From: Eubacteriales bacterium
GTDB taxonomy: Bacteria > Bacillota > Clostridia > Oscillospirales > CAG-272
DNA: 64,000 nt
Assembly: GCA_045643725.1 (NCBI GenBank)
Contig: JAZRFQ010000044.1
Coordinates: 5,136-69,135 of the forward strand
Direction: 5' to 3'
Under the pieces are notes generated by a model. The model worked only from the letters and a program-made list of their open reading frames with translations, was not told the origin of the DNA and did no database searches. Both the position numbers and the translations under genes were made by a program. Positions 25,673 through 34,947 of this stretch are shown here, piece after piece. Within the stretch, counting starts at the first letter, position 1, and every line of letters begins with the position of its first letter.

Positions 25673-26464
25673 TTAAATTTTCAGGAGCTTTTTGATATTT
25701 TTGCTGAAAATCATCTCTCGCTCCTCGTCGGTGAGTGGGATCTTGTTGAATCTCTCGATCTCGGCTACGGTATCCCACATAGGGAAGTCTGTTGCAAAGA
25801 AGAACCTGTCCGCGCCGTGCATATCGATAAGCTCCTTTGCGCGCTCGGTGCTTATGAAGGGTAGAGACGAGCAGGTATCGAAGTAAACGTTATCAAGGCC
25901 GAGATAAATCTCCGAGTCAGCCCAACAGCGATATCCGCCAAAGTGTGCGGCGATGAAGTTGACCTCGGGGTATTTTTTTGCCATTTTCACAAGGCGGTGA
26001 GGCTTCGAGTAATCGTATCTGTCGTCACCGATGTGGAAGAGTATAGGGAGCTTTGAGCCAACGGCGCGGTAGAATTTCTCCGCGACCTCGTCGTCAATAT
26101 TAAACTTCTGAAAATCGGGGTGAAGCTTTACGCCACGCATATTGTTTGCGATAGCCATCTCAACCTCGCGCTCGACCTCCTCCTCGGACAGATCCTGATG
26201 AAGAGTGATAAAGCCTATAAATTCGGGATGAGCCTCACACTCGCGCTTGATAAACTCGTTGATAGAGCGCACCTGATGCGCGGTGGTAGCTACGGAATGC
26301 ACGACGTATCCCGTCACGCCTGCGCGTCTGCCGTCCTCCAAGAGGCGCTCTGCCGTGCCTGCAGGCATATGCATCTTAATATCATAGAATTCGCCGATAG
26401 TGTCGGTGGCCTTCGCCGCGATCTTCTCGGGGTAAATATGAGCGTGTGCGTTGATAATTTTCAT
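25673..26464 (-). CDS. Amidohydrolase-2 family metal-dependent hydrolase (TIM barrel)
   Basis: MKIINAHAHIYPEK.. N-terminus with the HxH motif, ..KLHPDFQ.., ..AAHFGG.., ..FATDFPMWD. I chose the start at 26464; the ORF-track start at 26530 would add 22 non-conserved residues. Confidence 0.75.
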   Translation of the reverse strand: MKIINAHAHIYPEKIAAKATDTIGEFYDIKMHMPAGTAERLLEDGRRAGVTGYVVHSVATTAHQVRSINEFIKRECEAHPEFIGFITLHQDLSEEEVEREVEMAIANNMRGVKLHPDFQKFNIDDEVAEKFYRAVGSKLPILFHIGDDRYDYSKPHRLVKMAKKYPEVNFIAAHFGGYRCWADSEIYLGLDNVYFDTCSSLPFISTERAKELIDMHGADRFFFATDFPMWDTVAEIERFNKIPLTDEEREMIFSKNIKKLLKI

Positions 26465-26784
26465 AACCGTTCTTTTCTTGCCTTTAGCGATAGTCTGTTC
26501 GTAATTGATGAACAAGTAACATATTATCATATAGAGAGCGAAAAGTCAATAGAATCACGAAAATGCTTTTTCGCCGCACCGCCCGCGCTCGAGATCCCGA
26601 TCGAAAAGGGGAATCGCTCAATTTTATTTGTGCATTTGTACATGTTTGCGGCATCGGCATTTGAACAATGTGAACAATCTTCTGACCATTCGTGTGTAAA
26701 TGATGGTGTTTTGTGCAAAACCTCTTTTCTTTTGCGAAGCATTATGGTATTATATGTACATAACATCCAACTCGGAGGAGCACT

Positions 26785-27366
26785 ATGCAGAAAATCAAAC
26801 AACTTTGGGCGTCATTCGCACAAAAGCATCCCAAGCTCTCAGTTTGGGTACGCGAGGGCGGACTTTTCCTGATCGTAAGCAACGTGATCACCGTCTTTAA
26901 GACGATTTGCCTTATGTTCTTGCCTTACGCCTTTGCATTTCTCGGCAGTCAGGAGTTCGGATTCCCCGGCGTGGATCTCGAGCTTTTCGGATATGAATTT
27001 AAATGGTACATAATCGGCGCGAACGAGAGCCAGGGCGGACTTAAGTACTTCGTAGCCTACATTATTAGTATGTTCGTGTTCGAGGTTATCAATTTCCTGA
27101 TCCAGCGCAAGTGGGTATTCCGCTCGAACGGAAATATCGCCTATCAGGGAATGTGGTATTTCCTCGCATTCTGCGTCGTTACCTGCATCGTCGGCTCTAT
27201 CGACTCGATCTGGAAGGGCGTTATCGTAAACTTTATCCCCGCGGAGATCGCATCTATTGCAACCGTTATTATTAACGGCGGCGTGTCGATGATCATCTTC
27301 TTCATCGTCAACAAGATAGTCTTCAACGATGCAAGGAATGCGAAAAAGACCGAAGAGCAAGAGTAA
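26785..27366 (+). CDS. GtrA-like polytopic membrane protein
   Basis: 193 aa with about 4 TM segments and FLIQRKWVFRS, a GtrA-type motif. Confidence 0.55.
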   Translation: MQKIKQLWASFAQKHPKLSVWVREGGLFLIVSNVITVFKTICLMFLPYAFAFLGSQEFGFPGVDLELFGYEFKWYIIGANESQGGLKYFVAYIISMFVFEVINFLIQRKWVFRSNGNIAYQGMWYFLAFCVVTCIVGSIDSIWKGVIVNFIPAEIASIATVIINGGVSMIIFFIVNKIVFNDARNAKKTEEQE

Positions 27367-27370
27367 GCCT

Positions 27371-28165
27371 ATGAGAAATAGCCTGAAATTTAACACGCTC
27401 CTGCTTGCTTTGATCTTTTCGCTGATCCTTTGCTCCTGTACTCCGACTCCATCGGGGACGGGAAACGTTCCACCCGAGGAGGCAGGCGATCTTCGCTTGA
27501 CCGAGGAGGGAGATAAGATAGCGGTCTTCTCTGACGGTTATCCCGACGGCTTCTGGGCACGAAACGACAGAGGCAACGGTCACCCCTTCAACTGCTCATT
27601 CCAGAGAAGCAACGCGGTGGTCGCAGACGGCCTTCTGACTCTCTCGCTCACGAAAAACGGTGATAGCTACATCGGTGCAGAGTATCGCACACAGGCGAAA
27701 TACTCATACGGATATTACTCGGTCTCGATGAAGGCCGCGAGATGCCCCGGCGTGATCTCTTCCTTCTTTACTTATACGGGTTGGCCGTGGGACGAGATCG
27801 ACATTGAATTTCTCGGTGACGATACCACGCGAGTGCAGTTCAACTATTATACCAACGGCAAGGGCGGCCATGAATACGTCTACGAGCTTGGATTTGATGC
27901 CGCAGACGATTTTCACGAGTACGGCTTCTATTGGCAACCCGACTCGATCACCTGGTACGTAGACGGCGTGCCGGTCTATCGCGCGACGGAGGACATTCCC
28001 TCACACGAGGGCCACATTATGATGAATCTGTGGAACGTCGCCGACACGAATGCCGATTGGGCAGGCAAATTTGACGAGAATCAGCTTCCCGTTAACGCAC
28101 AGTATCAGTGGGTAGCGGTCAGTCTCGACAGATCAACTTATACCGGATATAAAAGCGCCGAGTAG
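27371..28165 (+). CDS. GH16 lichenase-type beta-1,3-1,4-glucanase, lipoprotein
   Basis: I chose the start at MRNSLKFNTLLLALIFSLILCSC. The catalytic block WDEIDIEFLGDDTTRVQFNYYTNGKGGHEY..FHEYGFYWQPDSITWYVDGVPVY resembles Bacillus BglS/LicS. Confidence 0.85.
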   Translation: MRNSLKFNTLLLALIFSLILCSCTPTPSGTGNVPPEEAGDLRLTEEGDKIAVFSDGYPDGFWARNDRGNGHPFNCSFQRSNAVVADGLLTLSLTKNGDSYIGAEYRTQAKYSYGYYSVSMKAARCPGVISSFFTYTGWPWDEIDIEFLGDDTTRVQFNYYTNGKGGHEYVYELGFDAADDFHEYGFYWQPDSITWYVDGVPVYRATEDIPSHEGHIMMNLWNVADTNADWAGKFDENQLPVNAQYQWVAVSLDRSTYTGYKSAE

Positions 28166-28209
28166 CGCGATTATATACAAATAATTTTATATTTATATAG
28201 GAGGCAATC

Positions 28210-31200
28210 ATGAAAAAGAGAATTCTCACAACAATCGCATTGGCATTGGTACTTGCCATGTCTTTCACCGGCTGTTCTTATGTGAGCTCTTTCTTCTCAT
28301 CCATTTTCGGAGACGTTATCGAATTGACCGACGCTCCCTTGAATGCAGAAGTACTTGTAGACTTTAAGAACAAGGTAGATCCTGCCGTTCTGTTCGAATC
28401 GGACGGCTGGTCTAACGGCGACGTATTCAACGTTGTATGGAAAAAGCACAACGTAGTTTACGATACCGCAAACGGTATTATGCGTCTTGGCATAACCGAA
28501 GAGAAGGCAAATGCTTGGCTCGACGACCAGGATGTAGAGTTCAACTACACCGCAGGCGAGGCTCGCACTCAGAACTACTATCACTACGGTGATTACGAGG
28601 TTTCCATGAAGCCCTCGGCTAATCCCGGTACTGCCAGCACCTTCTTCATTTGCACAGGTCCTTACGATCTTAAGGACGGTGTGGCTAACCCCCATGACGA
28701 GATCGATATCGAGTTCCTCGGCAAGGATACCACCAAGGTTCAGTTCAACTTCTTCGTTGACGGCAAGGGTGGCAACGAGTATATGTATGACCTCGGCTTC
28801 GATGCTTCCAAGGAATTCCACAGATACGGCTTCCGTTGGGCAGAGGATTCCATCACCTGGTTCGTTGACGGCGTTCCTGTATACAAGGTAACCACCAACG
28901 CGGATGCAGAAACCGGCAGAAACGTTAAGCAGGTTGAAAAGCTCCCCTCTACCGCAGGCAGAATGCTCACCAACTACTGGTGCGGCAATGAGAGAGCATA
29001 CGGTTGGATGGGTCAGTACGAGGGCGCTGTTAATGATAACGGCACCGAGTATCAGTGGATCGCTACCAGCGCAGTTGGCGCACCCCTCAATCCTCCCGTA
29101 GTTACTCCTCCCGTTGGCGGCGAGGAGACCGAGATCGATTGGACCGCAATCGAGCCCATCGCTCCCACCTTCGCAACTACTCCAGAGTATAACGTAGTAA
29201 TCGACGGCAATAAGGCCGGCGTAACCTACACCGACGTAAACGGCAGCGCATATAAGCCTATCGAGATGGACGTTACCGATGCGGTTGCAGGTAAGAATTA
29301 CCTCTACCTCAAGGTTACCAACAACGGTTCCGAGATGGTTCAGGTTCGTGTTAATATGTACGATCCCACCCTCACGGGCAACAATACCGCAACTAACATT
29401 TTCGCAACTATGAACGGTCAGTCGGTATTTACCGATACCGCTTGGGGCGGCTCCTTCTTCGAGATCCCCGCAGGTGAGACCGCAGAGCTCGTAGTTAACT
29501 TCGCAGTTGGCGGCGTTAAGCTTCAGCTTATGATCGACTCCTCGAGAAACGACTCCGTTCTTCGCTCGGGCGATATTACCATCGAGGACATTAAGTTCAC
29601 CGCAGTTGGCGAGGTCGAGGCTCCTCACTCCTGCAAGGACGAGAACGGCGACGATATTTGTGACGAGTGCGGCGAGGTAATGATAGTTCCTCCTGCTCCT
29701 CCCGCAGATCCCGTATCCGGCAACCTTACCACCACTATCGGCGGCGCCGAGGTCGCACTTGGCGGTAACGTAACCGACGGCTACGGCGTACACGGCAACG
29801 CTGACGGAACTGTCAGAGTAGAGTACACCAACATTTCCACCAATACGTACGAGAACGTATGGGCACAGATCTCCGAAGTTGCCGCAGGCAAGAACGAGAT
29901 CAGCCTCAAGATCAAGAACAACGGTACGGAGACCGCTTACATCACCGTTAAGATCGAGACCGCAACCGCGGCAGCTCTTATGGAAGGCAAGATGGAGATC
30001 CCTGCAGGCGAAGAGCAGACCTATACCGGCACCTTTGACGGCGTAGCAGATAAGCTCTACTTCTTCATCGACTCCGGCTGGAGCGCTGACACTACAACTC
30101 ACGCAGGTGAGGTAGTTATCTCCGAGATCGCATTCTCCGGCGAGGCTACAGGCGGCGGTGATCCCGTTGATCCTACTCCCGATCCCGATCCTACTCCCGA
30201 TCCCGAACCCGATACAGGTCTTCAGTTTAACTTCTGGGCCTCCAGCAGCGACTATACCACAAACGGCAACAACATTAAGTATAACGGCGCAGGCAACAGT
30301 TACTCTTGCGCAGGTACCGACGTTGCAGCTCTTGCGGCAGGTAAGAACACCTTCACCGTAACCATCACCAACAACGGCGCGGCAGATTCCAGAGTTCGCG
30401 TTGATATCCAGGGTACAAGTCAGGTTGGAAACCACACCGTTCTTAATACCGCTGCTACCGGCGGCGACGTTTGGACGGATGCAGAATGGGGCGGCTCTAC
30501 CGTTACCGTTCCCGCAGGTCAGTCCGTAACTCTCGTTATCACTTATGACGAGTACACCGACCGCGGCGCAGTTACCAATCTCGTTGTATTCGTTGACTCC
30601 GGCAGAGGCGACGCCGCAACCTATTCCAGCGACGTGACCCTTTCCGGCATGGCATTCTCCGGCGAGTCTACTCCTCCCGCAGTAGACCCCACTCCCGATC
30701 CTGATCCTACTCCCGATCCTGATCCTACTCCCGATCCCGATCCTACTCCCGATCCTGATCCCACTCCCGTTCTCCCCGAGCTTCCCACCGATGGTGAATA
30801 CGTTAAGTTCGTAACCGAAAACGCATATACCATTATCGCAGACGGCGAGTACGTGAATAAGGTTCAGATCACCTACACCGAGATCAGCACTAACACCTGG
30901 CACAACGTAAATACCTACGTTGCTGACAAGGCGGCAGGCAAGACCAACCTCAGCGTAACCCTCCGCAACAACGGCACTACCACCGTTTTGGTAACCGTTA
31001 AGCTTGAGGCGGCAGGCGCTGCCGAGCTCGCAAATCAGAAGGTTGAGCTCGCGGCAGGCGAGATGAAGACCGTGAGCCTTGATTTCGCAGGCGAGGCACA
31101 GATGCTCTTCTTCTTCATCGACTCCGATTGGAGCGAGACCACTACCACTCACGCAGGTGATATCTCCATCGCAGGCATTAAGTTCTCCGGCGAGGCTACT

Positions 31201-31650
31201 CCTCCCGCAGTAGATCCCGATCCTACCCCTGTAGTTCCCGAGCTTCCTACCGACGGCGGTTACGTTAAGTTTACAGGCAACGAGTGCTACACCATCATCG
31301 CAGAGGCAGAGTACTCCAACGTTATTCAGTTCACCTATACCGAGGTTTCCGACAACACCTACCAGAACGTAAACACCTGGATCATGGATAAGGCAGAGGG
31401 CAAGAGCAATCTCGCTATTACCATCCGCAACAATGGCACCGAGGCTGTCAAGATCACCGTTAAGCTTGAGGCCGCAGGCGCAGGCATCGGCGAGCAGACC
31501 GTTGTTATCGCGGCAGGCGAGATGCAGACTGTATCTCTTGATTTCACCGGCACAGCAGAGTTTCTCTATCTCTTTATCGACTCCGGTTGGAGCGAGACTA
31601 CTGCTACTCACTCCGGTGACATCACCGTTGGCGGAATCAAGTTCCAGTAA
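28210..31650 (+). CDS. Large multi-modular GH16 lichenase lipoprotein with five repeated C-terminal beta-sandwich-like modules
   Basis: 1146 aa. Signal peptide ..AMSFTGC, then GH16 block HDEIDIEFLGKDTTKVQFNFFVDGKGGNEY..FRWAEDSITWFVDGVPVY. Five about 150-aa repeats follow, each with ..AAGKN.L.L.I.NNGTE...V.VK.E.. and ..F.IDSGWS..TT.HAG.I.I..I.F. They are separated by P/D/T linkers. Confidence 0.85.
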   Translation: MKKRILTTIALALVLAMSFTGCSYVSSFFSSIFGDVIELTDAPLNAEVLVDFKNKVDPAVLFESDGWSNGDVFNVVWKKHNVVYDTANGIMRLGITEEKANAWLDDQDVEFNYTAGEARTQNYYHYGDYEVSMKPSANPGTASTFFICTGPYDLKDGVANPHDEIDIEFLGKDTTKVQFNFFVDGKGGNEYMYDLGFDASKEFHRYGFRWAEDSITWFVDGVPVYKVTTNADAETGRNVKQVEKLPSTAGRMLTNYWCGNERAYGWMGQYEGAVNDNGTEYQWIATSAVGAPLNPPVVTPPVGGEETEIDWTAIEPIAPTFATTPEYNVVIDGNKAGVTYTDVNGSAYKPIEMDVTDAVAGKNYLYLKVTNNGSEMVQVRVNMYDPTLTGNNTATNIFATMNGQSVFTDTAWGGSFFEIPAGETAELVVNFAVGGVKLQLMIDSSRNDSVLRSGDITIEDIKFTAVGEVEAPHSCKDENGDDICDECGEVMIVPPAPPADPVSGNLTTTIGGAEVALGGNVTDGYGVHGNADGTVRVEYTNISTNTYENVWAQISEVAAGKNEISLKIKNNGTETAYITVKIETATAAALMEGKMEIPAGEEQTYTGTFDGVADKLYFFIDSGWSADTTTHAGEVVISEIAFSGEATGGGDPVDPTPDPDPTPDPEPDTGLQFNFWASSSDYTTNGNNIKYNGAGNSYSCAGTDVAALAAGKNTFTVTITNNGAADSRVRVDIQGTSQVGNHTVLNTAATGGDVWTDAEWGGSTVTVPAGQSVTLVITYDEYTDRGAVTNLVVFVDSGRGDAATYSSDVTLSGMAFSGESTPPAVDPTPDPDPTPDPDPTPDPDPTPDPDPTPVLPELPTDGEYVKFVTENAYTIIADGEYVNKVQITYTEISTNTWHNVNTYVADKAAGKTNLSVTLRNNGTTTVLVTVKLEAAGAAELANQKVELAAGEMKTVSLDFAGEAQMLFFFIDSDWSETTTTHAGDISIAGIKFSGEATPPAVDPDPTPVVPELPTDGGYVKFTGNECYTIIAEAEYSNVIQFTYTEVSDNTYQNVNTWIMDKAEGKSNLAITIRNNGTEAVKITVKLEAAGAGIGEQTVVIAAGEMQTVSLDFTGTAEFLYLFIDSGWSETTATHSGDITVGGIKFQ
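30685..30770 (+). repeat. 18-bp tandem repeat encoding a (PTPDPD)n linker
   Basis: ccc act ccc gat cct gat reiterated about 4.5 times. A shorter copy lies at about 30166-30212. Confidence 0.85.
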
Positions 31651-31750
31651 TTTTTCACAGCTCTTGGATAAGAGCACAGCAATTTGATATCAGCGGCTGT
31701 CTACGGGCAGCCGCTAACCATAAGCAATCCTTGTTATTAAGGAGAAAAGT

Positions 31751-34700
31751 ATGAAAAGCAAAGAAAAAAGAATAGTTCCCCTGGCCGTCGGCATTGCGGT
31801 CCTGTTGATTTTTTCGATCGTGTTCAATATTTTGTCGTTGACGAAATTCGATAACATCTTCGAGAAATTCTTTGGCGCAACGCCCTTCAGGCTCAAGGGA
31901 AATACGTTTGGCGCGGATGTAGATTACTACAAGAGCGATTTCAATAGCGCAAGCGAGCTTTACGCCTATGAGGAGAAGAAGGTCGCCGAGATAGTTCAGG
32001 AGGGAGCAACGCTCCTAGAGAATAGCGGCGTGCTTCCTCTTGCGCCCGGCACAAAGCTCAGCGTTTTCAGCCATTCCTCTGTTGATCTGGTCAGCGGCGG
32101 CTCGGGCTCGGGCTCGGGCTCGTTCGAGCTGACAAAGGACCTCAAGGCAGGCCTTGAAAATGCAGGACTTCTTGTAAACGAATCCCTTTGGAACTTCTAT
32201 AAGAGCGGAAAGGGCTCGTCCTATAAGAGAGGCGTTGGCGTCGTCAACTACGGCGCAGACCTCGATTGGTCTATTAACGAGTGCCCCCTTAATGTGATTA
32301 CCGCCGACTCCTCGTTGGTGAGTAGCTTTGATGGAACCGTCGCAATGTTTGTTCTCTCCCGTACAGGCGGTGAGGGAGGCGACGAGGCGCGCGATATGGC
32401 GGCATTCGGCGGCGAGGCAGGTCAGCACTACCTCGAGCCCGATAAGACCGAGCTTGAGATAATTTCCTATCTCAACGAGAACTTCGACGACGTTATCCTT
32501 CTCGTTAACTGCAACAACGCAATCGAGCTCGGTTGGGTTGAGGACTACGAGAATATAAGCGCGGTTATCAACTTCCCCGGCGGCGGCAGAACGGGCACCT
32601 ATGGTCTTGGCTATATGATGACGGGACGTGATGCCGACGGTAACGAGATCTCGGCCTCCGGCCACCTCGTTGACACCTGGGTATACGATAACTTCTCCTC
32701 TCCCGCTATGCAGAATATGGGCGACTTCAAGTTCACAGGCACTAAGGACCCCTATTACTATGTAAACTACAGCGAGGGAATCTACGTCGGCTACAGATAC
32801 TATGAAACCCGCTATGAGGACGTAGTCCTCGGCGCATCGGGTGTCGGTGAATACGACTATGCCGAGACGGTTATTTATCCCTTCGGCTACGGTCTTTCCT
32901 ATACCAAGTTTGAGTGGACCGACTTCACTATGTCCGAGCCTGATGCAAACGGAAATATTAAGGTTACAGTTAAGGTAACCAACACCGGCGACTATCACGG
33001 CAAGGACGTCGTTCAGATCTATGCACAGGCGCCCTATACGCTCGGTGGGGTAGAGAAGTCCTCTGTGCTTCTCGTCGGATTTGCAAAGACCGCGAATCTT
33101 GCTCCCAGCGCATCCGAGACGGTTTCGATCTCGGTGAGCCTCAAGGATCTTACGAGCTACGACGTGAACGCTAACGGCGGTCGCGGCGGATACGTTCTTG
33201 ACGCAGGTGACTACTACATCACGGCGGCGAGCAACGCGCACGAGGCGATCAACCTCATCCTTCTCGAGAAGGGCGCAGACCCTGCTAAATTGGTAGCAGG
33301 CAAGCAGGACGATACCTCCTCGCCCGACGGCGAGGTTATGGTAGGTCTTTACCACAGAGATACTGCCGACAGTACGACATATAACGTTGCGGCAGAGGGA
33401 CTTCAGACTGTCGAAAATCAGTTCACGAATTCCACTCTTCCCGATGCAAAATACCTCTCCAGAAGCAACTGGAGCGTGATGGATAACAACGGCCTTCGTT
33501 ACGGTACGGCATCCGACGATGCAAGCCGTGCGGAAATCGGCGGCAAGCAGTTCCAGATAGCAGTAACCGCGTCCATCAAGGCGATCCTCGAGTCCACCGA
33601 TTCTCTTAACCCCGACTTCGAGAGTCAGGTCAAGGATATAGTCTTCGGCAAGCGTGGCGACGTTGATCTTATCGATCTGCGCGGACTTGCATACGACGAT
33701 CCGCTCTGGGATGAGCTTCTCGACCAGATCACTCTGGCAGAGCTTTCGAAGCTGATCGACGAGTGCGGATATTGCTCGCCCGAGATGGAATCCATCAACA
33801 AGCCCAAGGTCACCGACCTTGACGGCCCTGCGGGTCTTAACGACATTATCGCACACGGCTCTATGCCTATCGGTGAGGGTCTTCAGGCGATGACCTGGCC
33901 CACACAGTATATGCTCGCTTCCACCTGGAACGCAGATCTTGCCGAGGATATGGGTCGCGGCATTGCCGAGGACGGCCTTTATTCCAAGACCGTAGGCTGG
34001 TACGGCCCCGGTATGAATATTCACAGAACTCCCTTCGCGGGCAGAAACTTTGAGTATTACTCCGAGGATGCCTTCCTCTCCGGCGTGCTCGGCAGAGCAG
34101 AGGTCAACGGCGCGGCGCAGAAGGGTATGTACGCCTTCATCAAGCACTTCGCTCTCAATGATCAGGAGACTCATCGTGACGAGCGCGGTCTTGCGACCTT
34201 CGCCGACGAGCAGACAATTCGTGAGCTCTATCTCAAGCCCTTCGAGATGACTATCATCGGCAACACCGTAGAGATCGATTATAACGAGCCTATCAAGGAC
34301 GAGAGCGGCAACATCACCGGATATACTCCCAAGACCGCGACCGTTCCTGCCGCAACCGCAGTTATGACCTCCTTTAACCGTATAGGTGCTACCTGGGCAG
34401 GCGGTCACTACTACCTCATTACCGAGGTTCTTCGCGGCGAGTGGGGCTTCAACGGCTTCGTTCTTACCGACTATGAGGTTGGCGCAGGCAAGGGCTCTTA
34501 TATGGGCACTCTGCAGACGCTTGCCGCGGGCGGTGACGCAAAGCTTAAGACCGTAGGTATGGACGCTCTGTTCGGCTTCGATATCTCCAAGCATCCCGAG
34601 TATCAGGCACTTGGACGCGAGGCGGCACACCATATTCTTTACACGGTAGTCAACTCCGCAGGTATGAACGGCTTCGTTCACGGCGTTGAGTACGTCAACG

Positions 34701-34885
34701 GCTTCGCATATTACAAGCTCATCCTCATTGCATACGATATTCTTGCAGTGGCAGGACTCGCTTGGATGGCAATTCTTCTCGTGAGAAGAATCCGCGAGCG
34801 CAAGAACGTTCTTATCGTTGTTGACGGCGGCGAGGATGCTCCCGTCGATGAGACTCCTACGGAGCAACCCGAAGCAAACGAATAA
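31751..34885 (+). CDS. GH3 beta-glucosidase with permuted domain order, membrane-anchored at both ends
   Basis: 1044 aa. N-terminal TM, then a GH3 C-terminal-type alpha/beta domain (..FVLSRTGGEGGDE..). An Fn3-like part follows (..YPFGYGLSYTKFEW..VKVTNTGDYHGKDVVQIY..). Only after that comes the GH3 TIM-barrel part (..RTPFAGRNFEYYSEDAFL..KHFALNDQE..GFNGFVLTDYE..), and finally a C-terminal TM. Confidence 0.85.
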   Translation: MKSKEKRIVPLAVGIAVLLIFSIVFNILSLTKFDNIFEKFFGATPFRLKGNTFGADVDYYKSDFNSASELYAYEEKKVAEIVQEGATLLENSGVLPLAPGTKLSVFSHSSVDLVSGGSGSGSGSFELTKDLKAGLENAGLLVNESLWNFYKSGKGSSYKRGVGVVNYGADLDWSINECPLNVITADSSLVSSFDGTVAMFVLSRTGGEGGDEARDMAAFGGEAGQHYLEPDKTELEIISYLNENFDDVILLVNCNNAIELGWVEDYENISAVINFPGGGRTGTYGLGYMMTGRDADGNEISASGHLVDTWVYDNFSSPAMQNMGDFKFTGTKDPYYYVNYSEGIYVGYRYYETRYEDVVLGASGVGEYDYAETVIYPFGYGLSYTKFEWTDFTMSEPDANGNIKVTVKVTNTGDYHGKDVVQIYAQAPYTLGGVEKSSVLLVGFAKTANLAPSASETVSISVSLKDLTSYDVNANGGRGGYVLDAGDYYITAASNAHEAINLILLEKGADPAKLVAGKQDDTSSPDGEVMVGLYHRDTADSTTYNVAAEGLQTVENQFTNSTLPDAKYLSRSNWSVMDNNGLRYGTASDDASRAEIGGKQFQIAVTASIKAILESTDSLNPDFESQVKDIVFGKRGDVDLIDLRGLAYDDPLWDELLDQITLAELSKLIDECGYCSPEMESINKPKVTDLDGPAGLNDIIAHGSMPIGEGLQAMTWPTQYMLASTWNADLAEDMGRGIAEDGLYSKTVGWYGPGMNIHRTPFAGRNFEYYSEDAFLSGVLGRAEVNGAAQKGMYAFIKHFALNDQETHRDERGLATFADEQTIRELYLKPFEMTIIGNTVEIDYNEPIKDESGNITGYTPKTATVPAATAVMTSFNRIGATWAGGHYYLITEVLRGEWGFNGFVLTDYEVGAGKGSYMGTLQTLAAGGDAKLKTVGMDALFGFDISKHPEYQALGREAAHHILYTVVNSAGMNGFVHGVEYVNGFAYYKLILIAYDILAVAGLAWMAILLVRRIRERKNVLIVVDGGEDAPVDETPTEQPEANE

Positions 34886-34898
34886 TAAAGCATAAACG

Positions 34899-34947
34899 AA
34901 GAGAGCCGGCGGCGATGCCGCAGGCTCTCTTTTTGCTTTTTTTAGGT
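34899..34947. terminator. Bidirectional rho-independent terminator
   Basis: agagagccggcggc-gat-gccgcaggctctct plus T-runs between convergent genes. Confidence 0.8.

Noticed and set aside
30685-30770. Regularly spaced short repeats that might look like a CRISPR array
   Set aside because: The units are contiguous (no spacers), 18 bp long, in frame and encode a Pro/Asp/Thr linker. No cas genes are present anywhere in the window.
28297-31677. 1126-aa ORF on the minus strand, exactly antisense to the large GH16 gene
   Set aside because: It mirrors the real gene. The product is low-complexity (G/V/A/C/L-rich) with no motifs, no RBS and no promoter. This is typical of stop-codon-poor antisense frames in GC3-biased genes.
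31692-31714. 8-bp hairpin agcggctg..cagccgct between the lichenase and GH3 genes, considered as a terminator
   Set aside because: No U-tract follows it and the next gene starts 37 nt later with no promoter of its own. It is more likely a neutral or stabilising hairpin within one transcript.
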